Positions 9,261-18,940 of a stretch of DNA of 64,000 bases are shown piece after piece (the stretch's first letter is position 1; each line of letters opens with the position of its first letter). This DNA comes from a virus (lineage: Duplodnaviria; Caudoviricetes). The translations under genes were made by a program, and so were the position numbers. The DNA lies in the IMG/VR virus record IMGVR_UViG_3300033066_002242, positions 31,556 through 95,555 of that record; one strand, 5' to 3'. Below the pieces are notes generated by a model. The model ran no database searches. It was not told where the DNA came from and was given only the letters and a program-made list of their open reading frames with translations.

Positions 9261-9808
9261 GAGTATTGCTTCCGATTATGCCGGTTGGCGTGGAAAACGT
9301 CGGTGTAGAGGGACTCTGCCAGAAGATCGGCCGCAGCGATGTAGCCACCGTGGTACGCAGCGTACTTCCAGGGATGAAGAGGTAGCTCACTGGCCTGCTT
9401 GTACATGCTGTGGAGGGCGTAGGCTCCAGCAGCGCCAGCGGCCAAGGTCGCGCCGTAGCCTATGGTGGCGGGTCGCTCTGCCAGGAACTTGCCGATGCTG
9501 TTGCGGATGGTGCCTTCGGTGTTGCTGGAGAGAAGGTCATGCCCCATGTCGGAGACAACCTTGGTCAGCCCGGCTTCTTTGGTATGGAACATTGCGGCTC
9601 CTGCTCCGTAGGCGGTAGCGCCAATGCCGAGGACTTCCGCCGTGCGGATGGCATCCGGGTGCCGCTGGGCAAAGGTGCCGATGCTGGTGGCCACCAGCTT
9701 GCCGGTAGGTCCCATGTCTTGCGCATGCTCTACCAGAATGGATCCCTTACGGGCTATTTCTGCCGGCTCATTGCGGAGACCAGCTTCTATCATGCTGCCG
9801 AGTGACAT
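9257..9808 (-). CDS. Two-unit putative polyprotein of membrane peptides
   Basis: Start MSLGSM after GGAGG; two hydrophobic segments, each followed by KEA or KQA. Confidence 0.5.
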   Translation of the reverse strand: MSLGSMIEAGLRNEPAEIARKGSILVEHAQDMGPTGKLVATSIGTFAQRHPDAIRTAEVLGIGATAYGAGAAMFHTKEAGLTKVVSDMGHDLLSSNTEGTIRNSIGKFLAERPATIGYGATLAAGAAGAYALHSMYKQASELPLHPWKYAAYHGGYIAAADLLAESLYTDVFHANRHNRKQYS

Positions 9809-9857
9809 GTGTACCTCCACGTTCACCCTAGTTTAGCATTGGCGGTTTGACGCAAGC

Positions 9858-9886
9858 AAAAAAGGCGGGCACTAAGCCCGCCTTTT
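9858..9886 (-). terminator. Rho-independent terminator (possibly bidirectional) after the capsid operon
   Basis: GGCGGGC-actaa-GCCCGCC hairpin flanked by A6 and T4. Confidence 0.8.
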
Positions 9887-9904
9887 CAGTACCGCCAGAT
9901 GCCG

Positions 9905-10963
9905 TTACCGAGCGCGCGCCATGGCACGAGCCAGGGCTTCTGCCTTGGTCGATACCGGAGTGGCAAAACCGGTGTCAGCTTCCGATGCCTGCTTGTGATG
10001 GTAGGCGTACGCGCCGCCGGCAGCCAAGCCGATGCCGCCGGTCAGGGCAGCAGCGACAAAGGCACGCGGGTGAGTTTCAATCACGTGGCGAACACCTTCC
10101 ACACCGCTCTGCATGGCCTGGTTGGCGTGTTCCAGAATCGAGAACGATTCACGGGACATGCCTTCCGGAGCTACTGCAGGAGCAGACCAGGCGTGCAGAC
10201 GGTTGAGACCGTTGGACGCTGCGTTCAGCGTGTTTTCAACGCCGGAGTTGACCGCACCGTAGGCAGCAGAAGCGCCTTGACGAACGCTGCTGCTAACGCG
10301 ACCGGGCAGTTCACCAGCCCACGCCTTGCCGCTGGCAACATGGCCGCTGACTGCAGCCGCATTGGCGCGCGCTGCGTCGATGCGATTACCCATAATCCGG
10401 CCCGGGATGTGGAAAGGGGCGGCCATGAAGTCGGTGATCACACCGGCCTGCTTGGTGTGCGAGTACACGCCATAGCCGATGCCGCCGATACCGCCAGCCG
10501 CCACCGCAGCCGTCACTGCCAGGGCAGACTTCGGGTTCTGGTGGATGAAGGCCGCGAGAGTGCCCATCGCATGCTCCACATGGGTTGCCAGCGGGGCGTG
10601 AACCCCGGCAGCTTCCGCTTCGTGGATGCTGTGGTGCACCAGCTTACCTGTAACTCCGTGCAAGGCGTCCAGGGCGTGAGCCTTGGCGGTGTTAGCGTGG
10701 CCAACCACGGTGTCACGTACGCCACCGGCGTAGCCGCTGACTGCGCTGCCGACAGCATGAGCGCGGGCACTGACCGCGGAGCCCACCGAGTGGGCGGCTC
10801 CGCTGACAGCATTGCCCACGCGCTCCAAGCCATAAGGCTTGGGCGCTGTCGGAGCAGGACCAAAGCGACCTACGGCATTGCCAAAGCTATGGCCGTATCC
10901 TTCCAGTCCGGAGACAACGCGCTGGATCAGCCCGTCATCCGCGATCTTGGTCATGTCGTTCAT
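9905..10963 (-). CDS. Ala/Gly/His-rich putative polyprotein immediately downstream of the major capsid protein
   Basis: Short leader MNDMTKIA; two units, each ending in a hydrophobic Gly-rich segment plus KQA. Confidence 0.55.
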   Translation of the reverse strand: MNDMTKIADDGLIQRVVSGLEGYGHSFGNAVGRFGPAPTAPKPYGLERVGNAVSGAAHSVGSAVSARAHAVGSAVSGYAGGVRDTVVGHANTAKAHALDALHGVTGKLVHHSIHEAEAAGVHAPLATHVEHAMGTLAAFIHQNPKSALAVTAAVAAGGIGGIGYGVYSHTKQAGVITDFMAAPFHIPGRIMGNRIDAARANAAAVSGHVASGKAWAGELPGRVSSSVRQGASAAYGAVNSGVENTLNAASNGLNRLHAWSAPAVAPEGMSRESFSILEHANQAMQSGVEGVRHVIETHPRAFVAAALTGGIGLAAGGAYAYHHKQASEADTGFATPVSTKAEALARAMARAR

Positions 10964-10980
10964 ACCTGCTCTCCTGGGAA

Positions 10981-12078
10981 TCAGACGTCGCCGTCGGCTT
11001 CAATGTCAAACGCAGCCAGGCGGAAGCCTTGCACGTTACCGTAGCCGATACCGACCGATTCGTACACGTAGAACTCGACCATGTCGGCCTCGTTCTTCAG
11101 GAACACCGTCGGCTCTTGCAGGCTGTAGAACTGGCCCAGATAGCCTTCGGGGGCGAAGATCGCCACCAGGTCACCGATATAGCCAGCATCAAGGTGTTCG
11201 CTCAGACCAGAGGTCATGATGTCCAGCTTGATGGTCGGAATGAAGGTGTAGCCATACATTCCGTTCATTTCCTCGCCACGGAAGTGGGAGTCAGCCAACA
11301 GCGAACCCACCACCGAGCTCGGACGAGACAGCAGCACGTTGTACAGGGTGTACGGCAGCAGGATCTTCGCCGGCTTTTGACGCGCGCCAACCAACTGGTT
11401 GATGGCACGGATCATGGTCTTCACGCCGAAGCCAGGACCCTTGTGGCTGGTGCCGGTGTCGTACCCAGGAGAGTAGATGCCGGTCTGCGAGGCCAGGCCG
11501 CCTGCACCGAGGTTCACCTTGTATGCGTAGTTGGCGTCAACTGCGTAGGCAGGGTTAACCACGACAGCACCGGCAACCAGCATGGTGCCGTGGTTGGCTG
11601 CAGCGATCTGCTTCAAGCCTACCATGTGGTTCACGTCTTCCTGTTCGTGAATATCCTTGACGCTGTTACCCTGGATGACCTGACGGATATCCGTGGCGTA
11701 GGTGGCCAGTTCGTACTTGGACTTCTTGAAGACCTTGGAAACGATCTTCTCGAAAGTCACCTCGTACCGTGCGCCCTTGAAGTAGCGCACTTCGCTGGTG
11801 CCCAGCAGGGAGATCGTGGCAGCAGTGGAGTCAGGCTCCTTCTCCACGATCTTGCGCGGCTGGTCGGTATCAACGTCGCGGTCCAGGTCCGCCGAGGTCA
11901 GCAGCTGCGGGGTGTAAATCTGACGGGTCGTGCCGTCTTCACGCAGCTTCTGGCGAACAAAGGCGGTCATGGACGTTTCGGCCGCCTTGGTCATTTGAGG
12001 GTCACCGCTATTCAGGCGGTCCACGAAAGCCGTATTGAAGAGACGGACATTGGTGGTTTCGATTCCATATTCAGCCAT
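10981..12078 (-). CDS. Major capsid protein
   Basis: 365 aa following protease, scaffold and decoration genes; strongly biased codons; FVRQKLREDG..RQI motif and C-terminal EFYVYESVGIGYGN strand pattern of HK97-fold capsid proteins. Confidence 0.75.
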   Translation of the reverse strand: MAEYGIETTNVRLFNTAFVDRLNSGDPQMTKAAETSMTAFVRQKLREDGTTRQIYTPQLLTSADLDRDVDTDQPRKIVEKEPDSTAATISLLGTSEVRYFKGARYEVTFEKIVSKVFKKSKYELATYATDIRQVIQGNSVKDIHEQEDVNHMVGLKQIAAANHGTMLVAGAVVVNPAYAVDANYAYKVNLGAGGLASQTGIYSPGYDTGTSHKGPGFGVKTMIRAINQLVGARQKPAKILLPYTLYNVLLSRPSSVVGSLLADSHFRGEEMNGMYGYTFIPTIKLDIMTSGLSEHLDAGYIGDLVAIFAPEGYLGQFYSLQEPTVFLKNEADMVEFYVYESVGIGYGNVQGFRLAAFDIEADGDV

Positions 12079-12090
12079 GTCAGCTCTCCG

Positions 12091-12558
12091 TTACTTGACT
12101 TCGATGACGGCAGACGACGGTTGACCGCCGGTGCCAGGGATGATCTGCAACACAGTGCCAGCATAGGCATCCGTAAGGACAGCAGCTTTTTTGAACACCC
12201 CGGGTGCGCCTCCTGCCAGAGCAGTGGCCACCACGTGGTCGCCAACAGCCAGCAGCGGGTCGAACTTGGTCGTACGTACCAGGTAGTTACCCCACAGCAC
12301 GATTGGACGCTGAGTCTTGGCGACCGACTTGTCGTCGCTGGTGCCTCTCACCACGATGCCGAAGCTGGCGTACAGAGTGCCGTTGGTAGGCTTGACCAGT
12401 TCACTGGACGAGTTCAGCACCACCAGGTCGCCGTTAGCGCAAGTAACGCCGGCAGCCATTTTGAAACGGTTGGATTCGCGGTTACCGGAATCCGGGGAAG
12501 TAGGCCAGCCGCGCAGGAACTCAGCGGGGTAGTCCATGATATTCAGGTCAAAAGCCAT
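12091..12558 (-). CDS. Capsid decoration/cement protein
   Basis: 155 aa directly upstream of the capsid gene; GDLVV...VGDHV beta-clip-like pattern. Confidence 0.6.
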   Translation of the reverse strand: MAFDLNIMDYPAEFLRGWPTSPDSGNRESNRFKMAAGVTCANGDLVVLNSSSELVKPTNGTLYASFGIVVRGTSDDKSVAKTQRPIVLWGNYLVRTTKFDPLLAVGDHVVATALAGGAPGVFKKAAVLTDAYAGTVLQIIPGTGGQPSSAVIEVK

Positions 12559-12584
12559 TTCAGTGTCTCCTGAAAGGTGAGTCG

Positions 12585-12947
12585 TTAATTGAGACCAAAA
12601 GCGAAAGCTTCCATCGGGTCGACGTCTTGCCCAGCCTGGGAAGCCGCTTTGCCCATTTCCCAGCCTTCCTGGGGATTCCGCATGGTGTTCGCCACTTTGC
12701 GCAGCAGGTCTGCCGGCAAGGTATCGACCATCATCTGGGCTTCACTCGGAGTCAACCCGGAAGACGCGAGGTCTTCAGAGGCGTCCTGCAAAGAAGCCTG
12801 CTTTACGGTCTCCAGGGTCCCTTCCAATGCCATGAGTTTAGCTTGCAGGTCCTCGATCGTGCGATCTTTTTCCGTCAGAAGCTCTGCGGATTTTTCAAGG
12901 ATGCCTGCCAGCCGCATCTTTTCAGTTACGGATACAGTTTCGGTCAC
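12585..12947 (-). CDS. Scaffold-like coiled-coil protein
   Basis: GTG start overlapping the upstream stop; coiled coil with several KxA motifs (EKSA, VKQA, RKVA, GKAA). Confidence 0.5.
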   Translation of the reverse strand: MTETVSVTEKMRLAGILEKSAELLTEKDRTIEDLQAKLMALEGTLETVKQASLQDASEDLASSGLTPSEAQMMVDTLPADLLRKVANTMRNPQEGWEMGKAASQAGQDVDPMEAFAFGLN

Positions 12948-13744
12948 GAGATTTCTCCCATCTGGTCCAGCGCAGATAACGCCTGACTGGCAGCATCCGC
13001 GCTGATTTCTCCGCGTACCAGACGCAGACAAATGTCTTCTGAGGCCAGCTTGTTAAGGCTGGTGGAGCCGATGGCGTTGTCGATGACAGCGTCCGGAACG
13101 CGGCTGACTTCGTTCTCACGAAGCGCACGCATCCGTGCCACGGCCGCCTCTCCTTCCGGGCTGGACATGGCGCGGTCAGCAAACAGCTGGGAATCAGGCA
13201 GGTGACTTTCCTTGGTGGCGTGTTGCACGGCTCGGGAAAGGGCAAACCCTCCCATGGTGCCGGCAATGCCAGCCAGCGACAGCGCGCCTTTAGGGGTGCT
13301 GGGGTGGACGTGGCGAAGCACCTCATGCGCCGCGCCGCCAGCCACCATACCGGTGACCAGCTGTGCAACGTGCGCCGGGATGCTGTTGGTGTAGGAGGCT
13401 TGGTGGCCTCTCACCAGCTGGCTGTGTGCATCCTTGCGTGCCATTTGATCCGCCATGTACTCCCGGAATTGCTCCCGGTCTTTTTCCCCGTACCCAGCCG
13501 ACTTCCGCATGCCTTCCACTGTTTGCACAATTTCAGCCACGTCGTCGACTTCCCAGATATCAGCCGCCTTCACCAGAAAGGATTCGGACACCTGATCCGC
13601 CAGGTCAGTGACGCCTGCGTCTGCCGCTGCTTTTTCAAGCAACTGCACTGCGCAGTGACCAAGCACGCAAAGCTGGCCGACTTCTTCCTCGGCTTGCTTG
13701 CGAAGCTCTTCAGCTTGCTTGCGCAACAGTGTGACAATGTCCAT
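12944..13744 (-). CDS. Head core/scaffold-type protein with Gly-rich hydrophobic segments
   Basis: Many KxA motifs; LVTGMVAGGAA and LAGIAGTMGGFAL segments. Confidence 0.45.
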   Translation of the reverse strand: MDIVTLLRKQAEELRKQAEEEVGQLCVLGHCAVQLLEKAAADAGVTDLADQVSESFLVKAADIWEVDDVAEIVQTVEGMRKSAGYGEKDREQFREYMADQMARKDAHSQLVRGHQASYTNSIPAHVAQLVTGMVAGGAAHEVLRHVHPSTPKGALSLAGIAGTMGGFALSRAVQHATKESHLPDSQLFADRAMSSPEGEAAVARMRALRENEVSRVPDAVIDNAIGSTSLNKLASEDICLRLVRGEISADAASQALSALDQMGEIS

Positions 13745-13765
13745 GCCGACCCCGGTCAGAAGCAA

Positions 13766-14410
13766 TCAGGAATAGAGAATCTGTGCAGCGCTGGCTTCCA
13801 CGGCCTGGAGGGCGGTGTAGGCGTCGCAGCCCTGGGCAACCAGGTCATTCACGGCAGCTGCCTTGGCCATCTCGATGACCTGATTGGCTTCTGCTTCCTC
13901 AGCTTGCTTGATGTGCTCCACGGCATCGCTGACGGTAAAACCTTGACGCACCAGCTCAGTTACCTGAGCAGCCTTATACATGTTCTCGTCTTCACGAGCC
14001 ATGTTGTCTTCGGCCTGCTTCAGCAGGGAGAAGGCTTCGTCAACGGTGTAGCCTTCATCCACGAAAGCAGTGATGGCGGCGCACTTCATCTGTTCCGGGC
14101 TTTGACCGACAGAGCCCATGGCAGAGCCATTAGGGGCAGCGGGATACTGGCCGGCACCGCCTTCAGCCAGTTCTTCTTCAGCGATTTGCTGGTGGGCGCC
14201 ATTGGCGATACCTTGCAGAATCAGCTGTTCCAGAGTCTGGGTAACGGAAGCACCAGCACGCGGAGTAGCCGGCTGGTTGGCCATTTGCTCAGCGATCATC
14301 TGGTCGCTACCGGCGATGGTGGCGTTGGCAACCTTGTTCATACCGCCATTGGCCAGGTTGGCCAGCAACTGATCGGTCAGAGCGCGGGCCTTGGCTTGAG
14401 ATTCATTCAT
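13766..14410 (-). CDS. Scaffold-like protein with three short helical repeats
   Basis: KxA..L/F-V-xxG-F/Y/C-xxxxA repeat three times; acidic and Ala-rich. Confidence 0.5.
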   Translation of the reverse strand: MNESQAKARALTDQLLANLANGGMNKVANATIAGSDQMIAEQMANQPATPRAGASVTQTLEQLILQGIANGAHQQIAEEELAEGGAGQYPAAPNGSAMGSVGQSPEQMKCAAITAFVDEGYTVDEAFSLLKQAEDNMAREDENMYKAAQVTELVRQGFTVSDAVEHIKQAEEAEANQVIEMAKAAAVNDLVAQGCDAYTALQAVEASAAQILYS

Positions 14411-14423
14411 TGCAATGTCCTCG

Positions 14424-15908
14424 TTAGAGTGCAGGTTTCAGCCGGGAGAGGTCCCTACGCAGGGATGCCTCAAGCAGCTTGTTTGTGATTGGACTATCGC
14501 TGGCCTGCTTGACCTGATAGCTGCCGTACCCTGATTTTAGCCGACTTTTATCGGCTACCAAGGAATGTAGCAAAAATCGGGCAACAATGGCACCCCCTGC
14601 CAACGCCAACAAATGGTCCATCAAAGTGGGGGAAATAGCGGGCTCCGCTGGAGAAGACGGACCGCCTCCGTAAAGCGATCCCAGGGGGGGTACGTATCCC
14701 CAAGGAACATCCTGTGGGAAGTATGCACGCTTTTCCACACAAGTGGGTAGCGCCGAACACTGATCTTGATATCCTGCCAGTTCCTTTAGCAGCCAGTGAT
14801 TCGTTTGTTCCGGGTAGACGTCAGGCACCAAGGTGGCAGACTGTACCGGCAGGGCGGATAGCGGAAGGTTAGGCAGCAGTCTCCCTACCAGTTCGCCAAT
14901 GCCTTCTCCAGGAATTCCCTGGACCTTGGCGATCATCTCCGCCAGGAACTCCAGGGAGGGAATCATGCGAAGATCCGCCAGCGCGTTCATGACCTGGTTG
15001 AAGCCTCCCATGTGCAGTAGGGGGCCTGCCAAGCTGGACGATACCGGAGACACGGACTTCAACAAATCCTGCAAGGACTTGTCTGCGGCCATGACGCTGC
15101 CACCGGGCACTTCCTTGATGAGGTCCGCCATCTTGCGGAAAGCCGCTTGCTTGATAGCCTCTGCCGGCCGCACTTCTCCGGGCTCTTCCAGAGACAAGCC
15201 TGCTTCTTCCCCCAATACCGCGCTGGGGACAACGTGGGCATTGGCGACCTTGCGCAGCACGGAAGACGTGACGTCTGCCGGTCGCAAGACCATGCTCATG
15301 TCGAAAAAGGTCAGCTTGGCCAGGTTCAGCGCCATGACACGGCGACCGTCTGCATACAGGCGGTTCATTTCCTTGCGCAGGTGTTCGCAGTACGCCTTGA
15401 CGCTGCGCGCCTGGTTGCCACAGATGGAGCACTGGTCCCACGGAGTCTTACACGCCATGGAGGTCGATGGGTAGTCACCGCGGGCAATACGTTCCACAAC
15501 GTCCTTCGCCTTGTCGGTGAAGATTTCCTCGACGACTTCCACCCGGTGCATGTCGTAGTTGTAAATGGCAAACAGGACCCGGCCAATTGCGGTGGCAGGA
15601 TCCGTGTTGACGTGGTGGCGGTACACGTAGCCGTGTTCTTCAAAGGTCTTGTGGTACAGGATCAGCTGTTCTTCCGGGAACCAGTCGCCGTTCTTGTTGC
15701 TGCCGTAGTACTCTCCTGCGCCCATGGCGTTGACATGCAGGTATATCTTGCCGGGCTCGGGGTTGAGGCGGGAGGTCACGTAGTCGTCAATGTCCTTCTG
15801 TGCGGCACTCTTGACCAGCCCTTCTACCGGGCGGCCGGGAGTAATGATTCGCATCGGGATGTCATCCTCCCGATAAAACGACCCGATATCCACCAGCTTA
15901 TGGAGCAT
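14424..15908 (-). CDS. Prohead (maturation) serine protease with Zn-ribbon insertion
   Basis: NKNGDWF, YRHH (candidate His), TSMAC (candidate Ser), CSICG..CEH and FFDMSMVLRPAD match the HK97/herpes-assemblin-like protease pattern; located upstream of scaffold and capsid genes. Confidence 0.75.
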   Translation of the reverse strand: MLHKLVDIGSFYREDDIPMRIITPGRPVEGLVKSAAQKDIDDYVTSRLNPEPGKIYLHVNAMGAGEYYGSNKNGDWFPEEQLILYHKTFEEHGYVYRHHVNTDPATAIGRVLFAIYNYDMHRVEVVEEIFTDKAKDVVERIARGDYPSTSMACKTPWDQCSICGNQARSVKAYCEHLRKEMNRLYADGRRVMALNLAKLTFFDMSMVLRPADVTSSVLRKVANAHVVPSAVLGEEAGLSLEEPGEVRPAEAIKQAAFRKMADLIKEVPGGSVMAADKSLQDLLKSVSPVSSSLAGPLLHMGGFNQVMNALADLRMIPSLEFLAEMIAKVQGIPGEGIGELVGRLLPNLPLSALPVQSATLVPDVYPEQTNHWLLKELAGYQDQCSALPTCVEKRAYFPQDVPWGYVPPLGSLYGGGPSSPAEPAISPTLMDHLLALAGGAIVARFLLHSLVADKSRLKSGYGSYQVKQASDSPITNKLLEASLRRDLSRLKPAL

Positions 15909-15918
15909 GTCGATCCCC

Positions 15919-16500
15919 TTACTTGAAGGCGTAGTCCTTCATCTGCTGCTTGTTGGTCTGCTTCATCCGGCCTTCCAGGTTCGTCAGCATGTCGATGGTC
16001 TTCATGTCGATGCCACCGGCTTCCAGGGAAGTCAGCAAGGTGCTGGCCAGCAGGTTGGCGTCTGCCGCGGCAGAGGGGGCGTACTTGAAGATCGTGGAGG
16101 CCAGGGCGTTGATCTGCATCGGGTCGGCACGCTGGAGCATGGGCTCACGCTGTATGGCCTGGTGCAGTGCCTGGCGGAAAGCGTTGGCTTGAGCCGGGTT
16201 GCTGATCGCCGCCCGGTTAAGGTTGGCCAGGCCCAGCAGCGCCCCGCCTACCAGGGTAGCGCCCATGATGCCTGCGCCGACCTTGCCCAGGTTGCTTGCC
16301 ATGTCGGAAGCAACAGAGTGCGCCATGGAAGGGCCGTCTCCAAAGAAAGCCGCCGTCTTTTCCATCGGCAACGCCTTGAACGCCACGATGACTTCGTCTG
16401 CCAGGTCCGTAGCACCGCGGTGGGTATGCCCCTGTTTGCGAAGCTCCTGTACGCAGGCGCGCTTGAGGTAGTACTCAAAAGGTAAGGTCGTCATGGTCAT
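15919..16500 (-). CDS. Head-associated protein with central hydrophobic segment
   Basis: MEKTAA motif followed by VGAGIMGATLVGGALLGLA. Confidence 0.45.
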   Translation of the reverse strand: MTMTTLPFEYYLKRACVQELRKQGHTHRGATDLADEVIVAFKALPMEKTAAFFGDGPSMAHSVASDMASNLGKVGAGIMGATLVGGALLGLANLNRAAISNPAQANAFRQALHQAIQREPMLQRADPMQINALASTIFKYAPSAAADANLLASTLLTSLEAGGIDMKTIDMLTNLEGRMKQTNKQQMKDYAFK

Positions 16501-17660
16501 GCCTCGGGGGTCTTGTGGAGAGCGTCCCAGACGCTGTGCTCCTTCTGGATCATCTGTGCGCCGAACCCGACGTCCATGGCCGTCATCGCCTTGGCGCCGA
16601 TACTGGTAGCTGCGCCGGGGAACTTCTTCAAGTGCTCATTCGACGGCGACCCGGTAAGCAGGCCTGCCAGGGAGTCCCGGTAGTTGCTGGCCAGGTTCTT
16701 CAGGTTGCCAGATGGGGTACGGAAGTTCTCGGCACTCTTGCGCAGCGGTTGCGCCCGGCCTTCTGTGGCAACCGGTCCGATCTTGATGCCTGCCTCCGGA
16801 CTGCCCTTGGCTCCCATATAGCTCTGACGAACCGAGTTACGAACCTGCGCACCGGCATTGCGGGTGGGGACAGAGTGAACGGCAACGTGGGCGTGCTCGA
16901 AAGGAGTCTTCAGAAGGGACATGCGCAAGTCGACGCCGGCAATCTTCTTCAGCTCTTCCTGGAGGAAGGTGTGGCGGCCCAGCATGTCAGAGGCCTGCTT
17001 GAGCATGGCGCCGACCTTGCGGACCTGCTTCATCTCCACGGAGGAGAACATGCCGGAGGGCAGGGTGGACGCCTTCTTGCTCATGCCGTCCGGCAGCAGG
17101 CCTTCCATCAGGTCAGCGCCGGGGCCGGTGTACTCATTCATCTTTTCCTGGACCCAAGGATCCTGCACCAGCATTCTGGCTTCCTTCTGCAGCTGCTCTC
17201 CCAGTGACATCATCTGGATGGACAGCGACTCGGACTCGGCTTCGCAGCGAACCTTGGCGTCCATTAGCTGACGTGCACTTTGGTGGGCAGAAGCTTCCTT
17301 GACCAGGTCTGCCGCCTCTGGCTCTGCCAGGGAGGCTGACTTAACCATGGGATTCGGATTCAGCATTGCTATGGTATCGTCCAGCAGGGACGAATACTCC
17401 GGAAAGTCGGGGATGATGGAGGCCACCTTGACCATCTTGGAGTCCGCCAGTGGGAACGTAAAGGTACGGTCCTGGGCAGACTCCTGGAGCTTGAGGTAGG
17501 TCACCTGGTTGGACAGTTCCACCAAACGCTTGACCTGCTCATCGTTGAGGTCACGTGCCATGGCAATCTTGGTGATAGAGTCGTTCAGCGGAATTCCGCC
17601 GGAGATAAAGCTGTTGACCGCTTCCGCAGCCATCGTCTTGAGCAGTTCGGCATCAAACAT
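16497..17660 (-). CDS. Head core protein rich in KxA motifs
   Basis: Start MFDAELL after AGGAG; VKVAS, VKSAS, VKEAS, SKKAS, LKQAS, KKIAG. Confidence 0.5.
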   Translation of the reverse strand: MFDAELLKTMAAEAVNSFISGGIPLNDSITKIAMARDLNDEQVKRLVELSNQVTYLKLQESAQDRTFTFPLADSKMVKVASIIPDFPEYSSLLDDTIAMLNPNPMVKSASLAEPEAADLVKEASAHQSARQLMDAKVRCEAESESLSIQMMSLGEQLQKEARMLVQDPWVQEKMNEYTGPGADLMEGLLPDGMSKKASTLPSGMFSSVEMKQVRKVGAMLKQASDMLGRHTFLQEELKKIAGVDLRMSLLKTPFEHAHVAVHSVPTRNAGAQVRNSVRQSYMGAKGSPEAGIKIGPVATEGRAQPLRKSAENFRTPSGNLKNLASNYRDSLAGLLTGSPSNEHLKKFPGAATSIGAKAMTAMDVGFGAQMIQKEHSVWDALHKTPEA

Positions 17661-17689
17661 GGAGATGCTCCTGGAATCATGCAAGTAGT

Positions 17690-18451
17690 TTACATCAAAT
17701 CCCAATCGGGTTCCTTTTTCTGCTCAGGCCACATCGCTTTAGCGGCCGGATGCTGCGCTACCCGGGTATTGACGGATAGCGCTTCGTTCAAGGCTTCTGC
17801 ATTGGACATGTTGCTGGCATCCTGGAGCAGTTCCGGGTCGTCGTCCACGTCTTCCAGATTGGGTATCTCGACTTCCTTGGCGTCGATTCCTTCCAGCGCC
17901 AGTTCCAATTCGTCCAGCATGCCTTTCTTGTCCGTGACCCACCCCTTGACCTGGCGACCCAATGCCATGGCGACCATGGTCCACTTACGGGCCTCGCCGT
18001 CGTCAATCGTGCCGCTGGACTCAAAGAACGCCTGCTTGGCTTTATAGATGCAGTCTGGCAGCAGCATCTGCATGCCCTCTACCGGAGATAAATCTACCGG
18101 AAGCCCCAGTCGCCACTTGACCCATTCCAGGCCTTGCGTCAGTGCCCATAGCTTCAAGGTGCGCTCTTCCTGGGACTCTACCCTATGGATAAGTTCCAGC
18201 TTGCGCATCTTGGTGAACCGGCTGACGGGGAAGTGCTTGTCCTCGTACACCTCGATAGCGGGTACCGGAAGCCCCAGTACTTCGGAGATAGCGTCAAAGT
18301 CCGGGGTCGCCAGCAGACAGGCCTCCAGGTACATTCTCTGGAAAGCACTTTGTCGGACCTCCATGACCAGACTGAAAACCTCCAAGTCCGCTTCATCGTT
18401 CATGCCATGCGCCTTTATGCTCACCGGGGTAGTCCGGTGAGTGTATGACAT
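17690..18451 (-). CDS. Hypothetical morphogenesis protein (possible HTH; small terminase not excluded)
   Basis: LEACLLA..DAISEVLGLPVPAIEVY HTH-like segment; acidic C-terminus. Confidence 0.35.
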   Translation of the reverse strand: MSYTHRTTPVSIKAHGMNDEADLEVFSLVMEVRQSAFQRMYLEACLLATPDFDAISEVLGLPVPAIEVYEDKHFPVSRFTKMRKLELIHRVESQEERTLKLWALTQGLEWVKWRLGLPVDLSPVEGMQMLLPDCIYKAKQAFFESSGTIDDGEARKWTMVAMALGRQVKGWVTDKKGMLDELELALEGIDAKEVEIPNLEDVDDDPELLQDASNMSNAEALNEALSVNTRVAQHPAAKAMWPEQKKEPDWDLM

Positions 18452-18465
18452 TACAGAAGCGGCAG

Positions 18466-18930
18466 CTACCGGGAGACGCCGTACGGGTTCCGCGACGTCT
18501 TCAATGCCCCTTCTACTGCATCCGGTCGAACACCTGTAACGGGCGCTCCTGCATTTTTGTACTGTGTGGACGGGGAAATACCCAATGCCTTGTGGTACTG
18601 CTCTGTGTGATCGCGCAGTCCTTGGTTGTGGGCGTCCATTTGAGACTTTGTGTATGTCAGCTTCTTCTGCACGTCCTGCAGGTCTTGTATCCGCTCCGGA
18701 GTGGTGCCTTTGCGGTACATATTGGAGGCAATACTTCTCGCCTCCTCGGTCTGCCAGTGGTGGATGTCTGCCAGACCATCCAAGTGAGTAGAGTGCTCGT
18801 GCGCGAGCCCTAGATGATACGCAGCTTTATCTGCAGCTTCCCCAGACGCACGGGACATGGTGCGCAGAGTGCTTACTGGCGGAAATATAGCCGCCGCCTT
18901 GATCATGCCATCGAGATACGGGTTGCTCAT
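18466..18930 (-). CDS. Putative cargo protein with KxA leader
   Basis: Starts MSNPYLDGMIKAA. Confidence 0.5.
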   Translation of the reverse strand: MSNPYLDGMIKAAAIFPPVSTLRTMSRASGEAADKAAYHLGLAHEHSTHLDGLADIHHWQTEEARSIASNMYRKGTTPERIQDLQDVQKKLTYTKSQMDAHNQGLRDHTEQYHKALGISPSTQYKNAGAPVTGVRPDAVEGALKTSRNPYGVSR

Positions 18931-18940
18931 GCTTTCGCCC

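Noticed and set aside
9826-9856. Consensus late promoter (TAAACTAGGG here, TAAAATAGGG near 47103-47112 on the minus strand)
   Set aside because: Only two to three loosely similar instances, too few to define a motif without computation.
17690-18451. Firm call as small terminase subunit
   Set aside because: Only a weak HTH-like pattern, and no large terminase in the window to support synteny.
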